A stretch of DNA of 64,000 bases from Octopus vulgaris (taxonomy: Eukaryota), in the NCBI GenBank assembly GCA_951406725.2, contig OX597814.1:78492001-78556000 (forward strand), read 5' to 3'. The position numbers and the translations under genes are program-made. The notes beneath the pieces were generated by a model that did no database searches, was not told where the DNA came from, and was given only the letters and a program-made list of their open reading frames with translations. Shown in pieces: positions 37,630 to 51,959 of this stretch (positions within the stretch are counted from its first letter, which is position 1; each line of letters begins with the position of its first letter).

Positions 37630-39095
37630 AAAATAAACAGTAAATATATTTCCTAATTGCATATCAAAATATCTGGCTAAGCTGTCAGCTTTGTGCTTCC
37701 CTCCACTGTCACACATGATAGATTTCATTCCACAGATGTGATACTAATATCAAAAAGAATGCTCTCGTAATCATCGTACAACATAAACAAAATTTATAGT
37801 GTTATCTTGATTAATATTATTCATTATTAATGTGCAAGCATGGCTGTGTGGTGACAAGTTTGCTTTCCAGTCACACAGTTCCAGGTTCTGTCCTACTGCA
37901 TTGCACCATGAGCAAGTGTCTTCTCAAGCCCTAGGTTAACCCAAAGCTTCATGAATGGGGGTTCGGTACATGAAAACTAAAAGCTCATCCCATATGTCTA
38001 GGAAAAATGAAAGAGACTGATTGAATAAGTACCAGGCTTAAAAGTAAATCATCACCACCATCACCATTCTCATCATCATTTAACATCTGTTTTCCATGCT
38101 GACATGGATTGGACGGCTTGACAGGCATTGGCAAGGCTAGGGGCTGCACCAGGTTCCATAGTCTGTTTTGGTTTGGTTTCTATAGCTGGATGCCCTTCCT
38201 AATGCCCTCCATTCTACAAAGTATACTGGGTGTTTTTTTATGCGAAACCATCAGCACCAGTGCTTTTTACATGGCACCAGCACCCACACCAATGCTTTTT
38301 CGTGGCACCTTGGTTTTCTTGGATCTCAATTTTGTTGTGGTGGGGTGGAGAGTCTTCTCAAGTACAGCCATGCACCACGTATCTTGGTCCTTTGTCATCT
38401 CTTTCATAAGGGTTAAAAACAAATAAATAAATACTGGGGTTAATTTATTTGGCTAAAACACTTCAAGGCAAAGTAACTTGAGTTTTACTCTGCTACAATT
38501 GAACTGGACAATATTATTTACAGAAATTTTATTCCCTGTCTTGTTGATAATGAATAATATCTAGCAGGATAATGTCATTGATTTTTGTATGTTGTACCAT
38601 GATCATGGGCAAGTTATTGAATGGATAAAAAGGTTTGGACTTGTTTTCTTTCTGAGAAAAAAAGTAAAAGTAAAAAATCTGTTTTTTAAAAATTTTTTTA
38701 AAAAATGTATCTTGGCAGAATTTCATTAAAAATATGTTTTATTTATAAAGTTATGAGCCAATAAAATTGGAGAACATCAAACTGTAGTTATGCCAAATAT
38801 CCCATGTAATAAGCAAGCTGGCTGCAGTGTGTCTTCTATATGGAAAAAAAAAAGAGATTCCACTGCTACTGAACAAATGGACTTAAGTCAAATTGGCTTG
38901 TTATAGTCAAAGATTGGTCACCTCTAAAATGAAAAGAACTGCTTTGATCAAGGATGTGCTTGATCAAGGATGACTTGGGGTTAAACAGCAACAATAGTCC
39001 TGTTATCTACTGAAAGAAAGCCATGGATTTGTCGGTACAGGAAATGAGGTGTGACATTTATGCAATTTGGAAATGATTTGATTTCATTAGCTTAA

Positions 39096-39330
39096 CCCTT
39101 TTGTTACAATATTTCTATTAACTCTACATCCTCCTTATTTCAATTATTTATTTCAATTAATTTTGAAAATAATAAAAAATTTACTAAAATATCTTGGTCA
39201 TAACTAAGCTGCTAATGGTAACATAAATTAACATGGAATTTTAATGGGAAGTTTTAATTTAGATGACTTTATATAGAAAGCTTGTGTCAAAGAAGCAGGG
39301 GCAGTCTTGGATGGATTGGTATCAAAAGGG
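39096..39330. mobile_element. piggyBac-type MITE
   Basis: TTAA|CCCTTTTGTTAC ... GTATCAAAAGGG|TTAA. Confidence 0.7.
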
Positions 39331-39780
39331 TTAAAGGGGATAGAGAAGGGAATCATAATGAGTTCCAGTTTCTCTCAATAGTGAAACCTAATCACAAGGG
39401 CAAACTATTTTATGGCATTTAGTAAAGAAGATGTCAAACTATGAGTAAAAACGTAACATTACATTTTCATTACCCTGTATCACCTGTGATTTTTCTATTG
39501 GCCCCTTTTGATGTGATTAAATATAGACTGTCATTCTAATAATGCATAATTCACTAGAAAATATTATTTCACAAATATGGTTATTAAAAAAATGTAAAGT
39601 GCTGTCTTGAGTCCTAGGATTCAAAGGGCCAGTTAATCAGTTTCCATGGCAATATATAAATGAGCAAGACCATGACATTTTCCTTGAATGAGACACCAGT
39701 CCTTTGCAGGGTTATTCATTTTTCAGCTGAGTAGATGGGAGCAACATGAAATTAAACCACACCATTTTGACCTTTCAGCA

Positions 39781-40071
39781 GGAACATATGTTGGCATATG
39801 ACAACATATGACAAACAAATTCCTTTATAGAGACCTGCCAAAAGTTAACGAAAAGATCAGGTAATGACGACTGCAACTGTCTGGTCATTGCATGCACCAC
39901 CATGTGCTGGAAGAAGAGGAAAATGTTGTCACACATACATTGACAACGTGATTGCAGACATTGACCTGGAATGTATCCAGGACCTCAAGGCAGTGATGGT
40001 GGACTGGGAAGAGTGGCAGGTGGATTTTGTTGCTGTGATTTGGGTTGGAACCCAGCCATAAAAAAAAAAAA
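39781..40071 (+). mobile_element. LINE (RTE/RTEX-like) 3' remnant with A-tail, inside a SINE
   Basis: MTNKFLYRDLPKVNEKIR**RLQLSGHCMHH..TYIDNVIADIDL..DLKAVMVDWEEW followed by poly(A). Confidence 0.5.
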
Positions 40072-40913
40072 GAAGTGTTTTGTTCAAGAACACAATACAT
40101 CACCTGGTCCAGGAATTGAGACTACAATCTTGTGATCATGCATGCAACATCCTGACCACTAGGCCACATGCTTACACAATATGGTTATTGGTTATTGCAT
40201 GTAAAAAAAAAAAAAAGAATTAGGGATTTTCTGTTTTTTTTATCATGACTTTAGATCAAATACTTTGAAAGATATTAAAACATTGGACCTATGTAATTGT
40301 TATTTAACCCAAGGTCAGTTTTAATGAAACATACTCTGAGTAAAGTCATTCCTGCCATAACCATCCAAACTTTTTATGATATTTAGGATTACATATTCAA
40401 ATGGATCCTTTCTGTATTTAAGATGGTAAGGTGAGTAAGGTGTGATTTGAGGGAGATTCAGCTGCTATTTCTAACAGTCTGAGCAACTACATAGAAGCTC
40501 CCTTGCTGGCTTGTAATCAAGTAGATGTGTTGATATAGGCTTCTATGAGATTTGACAAACCATATGGTATAAATTAAGGTTAACTAGATTTTTGTCTGTG
40601 ATGACAACATGCATGTAATAATAAATATTTTACTGTCAAATATTTTCTCCATCTATACTTAATTTGCATTTATTATTATTGTTGTTGTTGTTGTTATTAT
40701 TAAGGTTGTGAGCAGCCAGAATTGTTAGCACACCAGGTGAAATGCTTAGCAGCATTTCATCTGTCTTTACGTTCTGAGTTAAAATTCCGCCAAGGTCAAC
40801 TTTGCTTTCATCCTTTCAGGGACAATAAATTAAGTACTAGTGAAACACTGGGGTCAATGTAATCAACTTACTCCTCCCTCAAAACTTCAGGCCTTGTGCC
40901 TTTAGTAGAAAGG

Positions 40914-40955
<42 letters not shown>

Positions 40956-41216
40956 TAGCTGGCAGAATCATTACAGTGTCAGAAATTTGCTTTTCAGGAT
41001 TTATTCCAGCTCTTTATATTCTGCATTCAAATCTTGCCAAGGCCAACTTTGTTTTACAACCCTCTAGGCTTGATAAAATAAAGTACCAGCCAAGTACTTA
41101 GGTAGATTTTAATTGACTAACATTCTTCCCTCAAAATTACTGGTGTTGTGCCTAAATCAGAAAAAAAAAACATCATCATCCTTATTATTAATGTTATTTT
41201 TATTTGTCTTTAACAG

Positions 41217-41405
41217 ATGGCTCAACTCATTGGAAGAGTTGCCATAGTGACTGGTGCTAATTGTGGTCTTGGATTTGAAGTTGCTAAACGTCTGTGTTAT
41301 TTAGGCCATGATGTCATATTAGCATGCCGCAATGAAGAAAGAGGAAGATGTGCTGTTGAAAACATTTGTAATGAACAAAATAATGCTCTTGCATCTTATA
41401 TGAAT
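41217..41405 (+). CDS. SDR (retinol dehydrogenase RDH11-14/DHRS-like) coding exon 1
   Basis: taacag|ATG; MAQLIGRVAIVTGANCGLGFEVAKRLCYLGHDVILACRNEERG (TGxxxGxG Rossmann motif; basic ACR suggests NADP(H)); donor AAT|GTAAGT, phase 0. Confidence 0.93.
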
Positions 41406-42548
41406 GTAAGTAAAGCCATTCATCTTGCTATTTCAGCTTTTACTCAGTATGCTCTTGAAAGTCAGGTGTGCAACTGAAAGAGAGCATTTATTCTTGGTTG
41501 TTAGAGTAATACTGGATCTGTAGAGTTCTTTGAATATCTCTTTCCATTCATTGTTATTTGTTGTTGTTCCTTTTTTTGCTCTCAAATGTTAAATTCATTT
41601 TGGGTGCATGAAATGCTAATGCAAGAAATGTCAAAGGTGTGATTTAACTTGGGGTTTCTTACATATGTATGGGAGAGAACCTTAAATTATTTTATTTTTC
41701 CTGTTTAAAATTAGTAGTTAGGGCATTCAGCTCACAATCGTGAGTTCAATTCCCAGCAATGTGTTGTGTCCTTGGGCAAGACACTTTATTTCATGTGGCT
41801 CCAGTCCACTCAGCTGGCAAAAATGCGTAGTACTTGTATTTCAAAGGGCCAGCCTTGTCACATTCTGTGTTACGCTGAATCTCCCTGAAAACTACATTAA
41901 GGGTACACATGTCTGTGGAGTCCTCAGCCATTTGCACATTAATTTCACGAGCAAGCTGATACAATCAATGGAACAGCTTGCTCGTGAAATATAAATGTTA
42001 TAATTTCTAAATCTCTCTAAAGAAAAGATACAGCAGCAGTACTGAGTATTAATATTTATTACCAAACTAAAGTGGCTGTCCATAGAAATAGGATGAGTGC
42101 TGCTGTTGATCAGCTCCAAGAGGCAATCACCTCTAGCTAGCTATATGACGCATGAACCTGCGCCCATAAACCTTTGAACAGAGAAGGTCATCAACTTCCC
42201 CTTACTGGCTTGCCATCCACAGACCGGTTTCGGGGCAGTTTCCCTTTATCAATGTGGAGCATATGTATATATTTATGTTTATTTTATAAATTTTTACCTT
42301 GTTTTCACTTTGACTCCTCCCCTCATCTTTTTATAACTCATCTTTAACTTCACATTCTTTAACTTCACATTCTGAGTTCAAAATCTACTTTACCTTTCAT
42401 CCATCATTATGTTCTGGGTTCAAGTTTTGCTGTGGTCAACTTCGCCTTTTCTCCTTTCGGGGTCAATAAAATAAGAATCAGTTGAGAACTGCTGGCCTTG
42501 TGCCAAAATTTGTTGTTGTTGTTGTTACTGCTGCTGCTGCTGCTGCTG

Positions 42549-42601
<53 letters not shown>

Positions 42602-43050
42602 GTAGCAAGCTGGCAGGATTGATAAAGTGTTGGACAAAATGGTTAGTGGTACTACTTCTGATTCATTCTGTTCTGAGTTCAAATTCTGCTGAGGTCAACT
42701 TTTCCTTGTGCCTATAGTAGAAAAGATTATTATTATTATTAAGGTGATCTGGTTGAATCATTAGCATTCTAGGTAAAATGCTTAGTGACATTTCATCAGT
42801 CTTTAAGTTCTGAGTTCAAATCCCGCTGAGGTCAACTTTGTCTTTCATCCTTTTGAGGTCGATAAAATAAGTACCAGTTAAGCACTGGGGTTGATGTAAT
42901 TGACTATAGTGCCTATAGTAAAACGAATTATTATTATTATTGTTTGACATGACTCAGAATTGGTCTCATTCTTGGTAGTATTCATGTGGGTAGCAGGTTA
43001 CTACTTCTAACCTTAGATATCCACATGATTTCAATAAACTTTCAAGTCGT

Positions 43051-43423
43051 GTAGGAGTGGCTGTGTGGTAAGTAGCTTGCTTACGAACCACATGGTTCTG
43101 GGTTCAGTCCCACTGCGTGGCACCTTGTCTACTATAGCCTCGGGCCGACCGAAGCCTTGTGAGTGGATTTGGTAGACGGAAACTGAGAGAAACCCATCGT
43201 ATATATGTATGTGTGTTTATATATGTTTGCGTGTCTGTGTTTGTCCCCCCAACATTGCTTGACAACCGATACTGGTGTGTTTATGTCCCTATAACTTAGC
43301 GGTTCAGCAAAAGAGACCAATAGAATAAGTACTAGGCTTACAAAGAATAAGTCCTGGGGTCGATTTGCTTGACTAAAGGTGGGCTCCAGCATGGCCACAG
43401 TCAAATGACTGAAACAAGTAAAA
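43051..43423 (+). mobile_element. tRNA-derived SINE, family B (near full length)
   Basis: A-box TGGCTGTGTGG, B-box GGTTCAGTCCC, internal (TG)n, end gactgaaacaagtaaaag. Relatives at ~1085-1370, 5405-5945, 34030-34700(-), 37840-38000 and 61690-62052. Confidence 0.8.
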
Positions 43424-44335
43424 GTGTAAAAGTGCTCAAAACAATTCTGATGATCTTTCCTGTTCCTAAAAGGCAAACTTTCTGTAGAAGCTCTTCAGAA
43501 CAATCCATTCCAATCTTTTTTAACTATTTGTCATTATTCACATTCCTAGTGCACCAATTATTACATGTATGACCTTTACGGATTTCATATTCTAAATCTT
43601 CGCAGTCTCAAATTTGAAGGGATTGTAGTATTTTTAAATTTTTCACAATCCTGGAATCAAGTGGACATGCTGGATCAATCAATAAGCTAGCTTGCTTAAT
43701 GATTCCATCATGTTGTTAATTTTATTATTATTGTTTGGAGTTGATAAAATAAGTACCATTTGAGTATTGGGGTTCATATAATCAACTTACCTCTACCCCC
43801 TGAAATTTAGGCCTTGTACCTATAGCAGAATATTATCATTGTTTGAGGGCGATGAAATAAGTACCAGTTGAGGACTGAGGTCAATGTAATTGACTTAACC
43901 CCTCCTCTAAAATTGCTGGCCTTGTGCCAAAATTTGAAACCAATATTAGATAAGGCAGTGAGCTGGCAGAATCATTAGCATGCTGGGCAACATGTTTAGC
44001 AGCATTTTGTCCATCTTTATATTCTGTTCTGAGATCAACTTTTCCTTTCATCCTTTTAGGGTCAATAAAATAAGTACTTACTGAGTACAGGGGTCGATAT
44101 AATTGACTTACCTCCTCCTCTGAACTTGCTGGCCTTGTGCCAAAATTTAAAATTATTATTGTTATTGTTTAAGGTCGATGAAATAAATACCAGTTGAGCA
44201 CTGGAGGTGATGTAATTGACTATCAACCTCCCTTAAATTACAGGTTTTATACCTATTGAAGAAAGGATTATCATTATTACTATTGTTGCTTTGTTGTTGT
44301 TGTTATTATTATTATTATTATTATTACTATTTCAG

Positions 44336-44504
44336 CTTGACCTGGCTGATATTTCTTCTGTACACAAATTTGTGGATGAGTTCCATGAAACTGGAAAACC
44401 ACTTGATCTCCTTATTAACAATGCTGCTGTTTTTGATAACTCTGGGGAAGAAAGGAAGCTGACAAAAGATGGATTTGAATTAACCATGGGTACAAATCAC
44501 TTAG
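44336..44504 (+). CDS. SDR coding exon 2
   Basis: tttcag|[47 protein letters not shown](G)|gtaatt; phase 0 to 1. Confidence 0.93.
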
Positions 44505-45271
44505 GTAATTGGTAATTCTGTTCTTGCAACTCTGTCTTGTCTGTGAGGAATTCATAATGTCACAGTTGCTTTTTGATTGATTGTTTAAGGTTTTTAAAGT
44601 TTTAAAGAAATTTGTTGAATGGGAAAGATGGTTGATTGTTATGACCAGACACTGAATAGCAAGTCTCTGTTGTCTGGGCACCCATGAAATCGTAGCTGTG
44701 TCCATTGGAAGTGTCATATAAATGGCACATAAAAAAGAGAGATCGGTGTTAGAAAGGGCATCCAGTTATAGAAACCATGTCAAATCAGACTGGAACCTGG
44801 TGTAACTCTCAGGCTTACCAGTTCCAGTGAAACTGTCTAACCCATACCAGCATGGAAAGCAGATGTTAAATTATGATTGGGTACATGTCACTTAACTTTC
44901 CAATAGCTCACCTTATCATCATCATTTGAACATCCACTTTTTCATGCTTGCATGAGTCAGATGGAGTTTATTAAGGCATATCTTCTACACTCTGATGCTC
45001 TTCCTATTGCTAATCCTCACCTGTTTTCAGTCATAATAATATTTCTCCATGACCAGGCATGTTTTTGCAGAATATTGGAAATGAATGACTCTGCTTCTTT
45101 GACAGTGACATTCAACTATCATGTGACATCAAGACAAGGACACACACATGCACACACAATATTGACAGAAGTAGTATTAATACCAAGAGGCAATCTTTAT
45201 CTCCAATACAATGTGGGTGTTATTAGAACAGAGAATACTGCATCATTTACCTTGAGAGGGACTTCCCTCTA

Positions 45272-45315
<44 letters not shown>

Positions 45316-45318
<3 letters not shown>

Positions 45319-46708
45319 TCATCATCATCATCATCATCGTTTAACATCAGCTTTCCATGCTGGGATGGGTTGGACGGTTTGACTGGAGACTAGCAAGCCA
45401 GTAGGCTTTACCAGACTCCAGTCTGATCTGGCAAGGTTTCTCCAGCTGGATGCCCTTCCTAATGCCAACCACTCTGAGAGTGTAGTGGGTACTTTTTACG
45501 TGCCACCGGCATGGGACATCGATGATGATCGGATGGTGCTTTTTACGTGCTACTGGCACAGGAACCAGTTAGGTGGCAATGGCATTGATCGCATTTGGGT
45601 TGTGCTTTTTATTTTCCACCGGTACGGGTGCCAGTCAGTGGGTACTGGCATCAACCATGTTCACATAGTGCTTTTTCACAGGGAGCCAGTCTGTGACACT
45701 AGCATTGACCCATGCTCCAATGGTGCTTGTTACATGCCACCAGTTTCGATTTCAATTTCACCTGACTCAACAAGTCTTCTCAAGCACATCATATCACCTG
45801 ACAATTCAAGGGTACTTTTAAATGGGCCGGATATGCAACACTGGCATTGGCCACAGCTGCAATCTCACTTTACTTGCTGGCTCTTCTCAATCTCAGCACA
45901 TCTCCGAAGGTCTTGATCTCTTGTCATTGTCTCTATGAGGCTCAATGTTCAACGGTTATGCTTCACCACCTCATCCCATGTCTTCCTGGGTCTACCTCTT
46001 CCACAGGTTCCTTCTACTGTTAGGGTGTGACACTTCTTCACACAGCTCTACTCATCCATACACAGTGCAGTCGTTTCTCTTGCACACCACATCTAATGCT
46101 TCTTATGTCCAACTTTTCTTTCAGGGTGCATATAGTCTGTCATGTATGCACACTAACATTACACATCCAGTGGATCATACTAGCTTAATTTCTTTCAAGC
46201 CTATGCATGTCCTCAACAGTCATGGTTCATGTTTCACTACTGTGTACGTGGCAGTTTGCACACATGCATCATACAGTCTATCTCTGGGTGATAGGCCCTT
46301 TGTTAATAGTAGAGGTAGGAGCTTTCTGAACTTTGCCCAGGCTGTTCTTATATAGCAGCTACAGTCTCAGAGCATTCACCCCACCACTACAGACTTGGTT
46401 TCATAGGTAGTGGAAGCTATCAACTACTTCTAGTTTTTCCCTCTGGCATGTGATGGAATCTGTTTTCTGTTTTCTTTACATCTTCGGTGTTTCTTGCCCC
46501 TGTGCATCTGCTATACACGAAAACTATCTTCCCAGTTAACTTCGATATTGCTGCACCTCTTATGTGTCCATAGCTTACACCAGGTACATCTTATGGAGTT
46601 TCTACCTATGCCTTTTCTACAGATCAAGCAGGGCCATCTACCTGAAGGGGTTTGTGATTTGTTTGCCTTCCTACTTACTAGGACTTTGGTTTTTGCCAGG
46701 TTGACGCT
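45316..46708 (-). mobile_element. RTE LINE 3' fragment (same family as 19800-23140), intronic
   Basis: (GAT)n tail at 45316-45340; VNLAKTKVLVSRK..WPCLICRKGIGRNSIRCTWCKLWTHKRCS. Confidence 0.85.
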
Positions 46709-47358
46709 GGTATATATATATATATATATATATATATCTACACACACACATATATACATACAGACTGGCTTCTTTCAGTTTCCATCTGTCAGATTCACTT
46801 GCAAAGCTTTGGTTGGCCAATGCTATAGTAAACATTGCTTAAGGTACCATGCAGTGTGGCTGAACTCAGAACCATGTGGTTGAGAAGCAAGCAAACGTCT
46901 TAGCCACACACCCATGCCTGCACCTAAAATATTATTATTATTTTTTTTTTTTTGTTTCCTTAATATGATACTGTATTAAATTGAAGTCTTGTTTAAATTT
47001 GATTATATTTGTAAAAATATACATAATTCTATTTTTGAATTTGTTTTGCAAGAATTTTGAGTTGAAACTGTTGAAACTAATGTTGTTGTACTTTGGGAGA
47101 GTTATATTGCCAAGCAACACCCACACTTCAGTTTTACTTTAAATGTTAATTAATTTGCCAGAAATCATTTTATTGAATTCATTGAAAAGGTCACAGAAGT
47201 GTTATGAAAGAAAAAGAAAATTCTTATAGATTACTTGACAGTAAAACTAAAGTTAGTTGCAACCATTGTGTCAGTATGACTGCTCTCCACCAATACCACC
47301 ACCACAAAATTCAACATAATATTATTGTTTAGTAAAAAGAAAATGTTTCTTCTTGCAG

Positions 47359-47484
47359 GTCATTTTTTACTTACTATTCTTCTATTAGAAGACTTAGAAA
47401 ATTCTGCTGCTCTGAATGGTGAATCTCGAATAGTCAATGTCACTTCTTTACTTCATGACACCCAAATCAAACATATGAAAGACA
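47359..47484 (+). CDS. SDR coding exon 3
   Basis: cttgcag|(G)HFLLTILLLEDLENSAALNGESRIVNVTSLLHDTQIKHMKD|gtaagt; continues the NHLGHF motif and contains the catalytic Ser region; phase 1 to 1. Not in the ORF track. Confidence 0.92.
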
Positions 47485-48571
47485 GTAAGTTATTTTGAAT
47501 CATTTTCAGGAAGTTTGGTTTTACTATATTGTCTTAAATAGAAAGTTGTTGATTAAATCCAAGTTATCGCTGATCCCATTTTTTAAAGACATAGCTTAGT
47601 TTAGACTGTAATAACTAATTTGTCTTTATAGATGTTAGTTGTTAATTGAGGGAAACTTAGCTGCTATTTCTAGCATTTTGAACAACCATACAGAGGGTTC
47701 ATTAGGCTTAAATTGCATCCACCATCCTGGTTAACATTACATGTGACCCTGGGTTGTTTTTGTTGGCATTCATTTTATTGCGAGTGTTTTAGACCGGGCA
47801 GTTGGTTCCCTAACTGCTCATATTTTCCTGACGGCTGTTTATATTGAACTATAGTTCTATTAATCTCAGTCAGTCTAGGAATGTCTGTCATGGGCATTGC
47901 ACCACCTCGCTTGACCAACTTAGAAGAAAATAATAGTGAGTTGGCACATGCATGTCAGACAGCTGAGTGATATGAAGATGTCATATGAAAGTCCAATAGT
48001 TGGATAGAAAAAGCAAAAAGAAGTGTGTGTTAGTAGTTAAAAGTAGTTCTTGTAGAAGAAAACTGGGAAGGAATCTGTGGATTCTAAATATCCAAGATGT
48101 TAAACTGGACAAGACATTAAACTGCATCCAGTGATGAGGCTCCAGCTCTGGAGTTCTGGAGTCTTGTGGGAGAACTGAATTACCCTTTAGTCACCTCTGT
48201 ACTTTGTCCACTCTGGCTGGGGTGATAGTACTTGTCAAGAGCCTTAGTTATTGGCTTTTTGCAAGAGATGGTTCTATAGCTAAGGGCTGGCCCCTAGAAA
48301 TGTCACACAGCATAATGGTGTGTTTATATGCTCTCACCATTTTAAAGTTTAAATAGGCCCTGTAAGTCAAGGGTAAATTCAGGGGAGCCAGAGTCTAGCA
48401 GAATAAACTGTAAATAAAGCAGTAGAAGACAGAAAAACCCATGCACATTGCACACAAGCAGTGTCACACTCTATCCTTCACTTGAAAAGAGAAATTCCTT
48501 ATGTTATCTGTGTAGATATAATAGGAACTGAAATAATTCTACTCAGAATTTTTTTCTTGTTTGTTTTTCAG

Positions 48572-48733
48572 GAGCAAAACCCCTTGACATGAACAACTTT
48601 TTTTTGGAAAAGCCAAATACCTACAATGGTCTTCAAGCCTACAAAAACTCCAAACTTGCAAATGTGATTTTTACTTACGAATTAGCTGAAAGAGTTCGTA
48701 ACAAGAACATTACAGTAAACTGCTTATGTCCAG
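48572..48733 (+). CDS. SDR coding exon 4 (active site), ending at a GC donor
   Basis: ttttcag|(R)AKPLDMNNFFLEKPNTYNGLQAYKNSKLANVIFTYELAERV..VNCLCP(G)|GCAAGG; YxxxK = YKNSK. Confidence 0.9.
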
Positions 48734-50304
48734 GCAAGGATACTATATTATTAGTATTGTTATTTTTCAGAAACTCGTACACTTGCAGCAGCCACAGTGT
48801 TGAAACTACTTGATATTCCTGTTTGTTTATTGATTAAAATAAGTTTACATACCTTTCTTTCATGCCTGTATCTCAATCTCATTCTATCTTGCTCTCTTTT
48901 CTGAAATTCTCTTCTCATTTATCTCCATCTCACTTTCTTCTATCTCCTTGTTTGACTTATTGGCTTTCTCACTTCTTATTGTATATGTTTTTAGTTTCTT
49001 TACTGCCTAACCTTATAGCCTTCCCCATTAAACTTTCTACTTTACTCATTCCTCTACTGATAAACGTTTCTGGTTATTCCACTTTAATTGTCTAACTTTT
49101 AAGTTTCCCCTCAACCTTATGGTCTTCCTTCTTTCTCAATGCTTAACTTTCTAGTCCTCCTCTCTTCCATTCTTTAACTTTCTAGTTTCACACCCTCTCA
49201 TGATCAGTTTCTAGTTTTCCCACTCTCTTACTGTTTAATTCTCTAGTTTCCTTACTTTTACATTGTATAGCTTCATAGTTTTCCTCTTCTAATGTTGCCT
49301 AACTTTCTAGCTTCTCCATTCTCATATTGTGTAACTTCCTCATTTTCCTCACTATCTGGTGTTGGTTCCATGTAAAATGCATCAGTGCTGGTGCCACATA
49401 AAATGCACTCAGTACACTCTGTGGAGTGGTTGGTGTTAGGAAGGGCATCCAGCCATATAAATCAAACCAAAACAGACTATGGAACCTGGTGTGGTCCTTG
49501 ACTTTGCCAGTTCCTATGAAGCTGTCCAACCCATGCCAGTATGGAAAATGGACATTAGATAATGATGATGATGATGATAAGAAACATACTGCATTGTGAC
49601 TTGGTTTTACAGGCTTATAAAAGACTTAGACAATGGTATTCCATATTAATAAAGGAACCATGCGTTGTAACTCTACTGTTTCAAATGATAAACTGATCTG
49701 TTGAAATGATTATGGCTGAAAGGCCTTTGATTATAGGTTTGCTGAATTAAAACTTACCTGGAGCTAAACAACAATACTTTACTGACTTAGTTAGCCATAT
49801 CCTAATTAACATTGCTTTTATTGTTACAAAGATGATGATTGTTCAAATTTAAGTACCTGATAACTAGATGTAGGCAGCACATAATTGGGAACTTAATCAC
49901 TCGGATTTCAAATTTTACACACTTTCTAGGTTCAGTATATGTATGTCCTTTATATAGTTAGATAATGGAAAATATCTGATTCATGTACTTTACTCAGAGA
50001 GAGATAAAGATCAATTGACTTGAGGTAGAGATGAAAACAAATGTTAGCATTGTTTAAACAGTATCAATGTGAAGACACACTCAAACAAATACACACATAC
50101 ACACAATCATCGTCATTATCATCATCACTATTGTCATCATCTTCTTTTTCTTACAGATCCTTTCTAGCGTGACTTGGATGGGATCATAGTCTGAATCAAT
50201 TCTTATTTGAAGCTAATTCTCTTCTGGGTAGATTGAAGGATCACATCTCACTTGTAAATTATGAATTAAAAGCTTCTCTAATAATATAAATATTATTGGT
50301 TAAA

Positions 50305-50714
50305 CATGCATAGTGTATGTATTTTGTTTATACATCAATTTGCTGTGGGATAGCATCCTGGGAAAGCTCCCTTCCCTACACAATGCTGAGTGTTAAAGGG
50401 CACTGAATGTCTCAGCCATGTGAGTCACCTTGCCTCAAGTCATTGAGAATGATAGATATTGATATTTCGCTATTGTTGTAGCTACTTAGTATCATTTACT
50501 CAATTCACCTCAAAACGAATTGAATCACTGCTCTGGGTCATAAATGCAAATAGTGTGAAGTCTATCATTCTCGATCACTTTCGGCAAGTTGTCTCACCTG
50601 TCTGGGACATTCAGTGTTCTTTAACACTCAGCATTATGTAGGGAGCTTTCCCAGGACCAGGACGCTTTTCCACACCAAATTGGCATATTAACTAATCAAA
50701 TACACTATGTATGT
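50305..50714. repeat. Intronic inverted-repeat (MITE/foldback-like) element
   Basis: ~50305-50434 is a diverged reverse complement of ~50583-50714 (e.g. aatgctgagtgttaaag / ctttaacactcagcatt). Confidence 0.7.
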
Positions 50715-51037
50715 GTGACAGATAATTTTTCCCTTTGTTTGTCTGACTGAATGTCTTCCTTATCACCATCTTTTTACTGAGTTTCTTTATGATGGGATTC
50801 CATACAATTTTTATATACCAGTTTTGCTTACAAGGCAATGATCAACCTGTGATTAAAATAGAATACACTTGCTCAAAGTGCCATAGAATAGGATAGAACC
50901 CAAACTTTACAACTTGTCTACTGCTAAGCCATGCCAGGCAAGAAGCCTTTTCAGTGAGCTATAGACTCTGAAGCCATAGTAACATAGAATAGTTGATCTT
51001 TTCACCTAATAATTTTTCTTTGTCTTCTTTTTTTCAG

Positions 51038-51199
51038 GTTTTATTCCTAAGACAAATCTGGGGCGTGATGTCAGTGGTGCCAAAAGATTCTTTTTGAATT
51101 ATGTTCTCTATTACTTTTTACGCTATTTGAACATTGCTAAGACAATTGATGAAGGTGCTGAAGCTATTATGGATTGTGCTGTTGGAGAAAAACTAAAAG
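51038..51199 (+). CDS. SDR coding exon 5
   Basis: ttttcag|(G)FIPKTNLGRDVSGAKRFFLNYVLYYFLRYLNIAKTIDEGAEAIMDCAVGEKLK(G)|gttaat; phase 1 to 1. Not in the ORF track. Confidence 0.9.
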
Positions 51200-51959
51200 G
51201 TTAATGAAATATTTCTTTTTATTATTTATTAATAATGTTTGAGGTGGCGAGCTAGCAGAATCATTAGCATGCTGAACAAAAGGCTTAGCAGCATTTTGTC
51301 CATCTCTATGTTCTGAGTTCAAATTCTGCCACGGTCATCTTTGTCTTACATCCTTTTGGAGTTGATAAATTAAGTATCAGTTAAGCATTGGGGATCAATG
51401 TAATTGACTTACCCCATTCCTATAATTGCTGGCCTTGTGCCAAAATTTGAAACCATTATTTATTTATAATGTTGACAGCAGTCACTCTTCCAATCAAAAC
51501 AAGAAAACTAAGTTTCCATTGTTTTTTCTTTTCTCCTATTACTCTTATTATTTGTTAAGTGCGACGCTTTACAGAAACATTGCCTTTCTTTTCTGGTGGC
51601 AGAAGGCTAGATTTGAATACTGTAAGGCATTCCATCTGATTCTCAAACAATTCCTCCAATTTATTACTCAAGACTAGTTTTTTGAGGTTAACTTGCAGAG
51701 TTGTTGGAGAGTTGCATGGAATACTTAGCAGTATTTGTTCTGACTCTTCTTTCTCAGTTCAAACCCTGCTCAGGATAACTTTGCCTTTTGTCCTTTTGGT
51801 CTGAGTAAAATACAGATTTTATCAACTCCAGTCAAGTGCTGGGATCAATGTAATCAATCAACTGTTCCCGTTCCTACCAAATTTCTGTCTTTGTACCTAT
51901 ATAATATAATCTACAGTCTGTTGTCAGTGACTATAACTGACTTCATGAATCAATTTTCT

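Noticed and set aside
43051-43130. tRNA-like A/B boxes as a tRNA gene
   Set aside because: Head of a multi-copy SINE; no complete cloverleaf.
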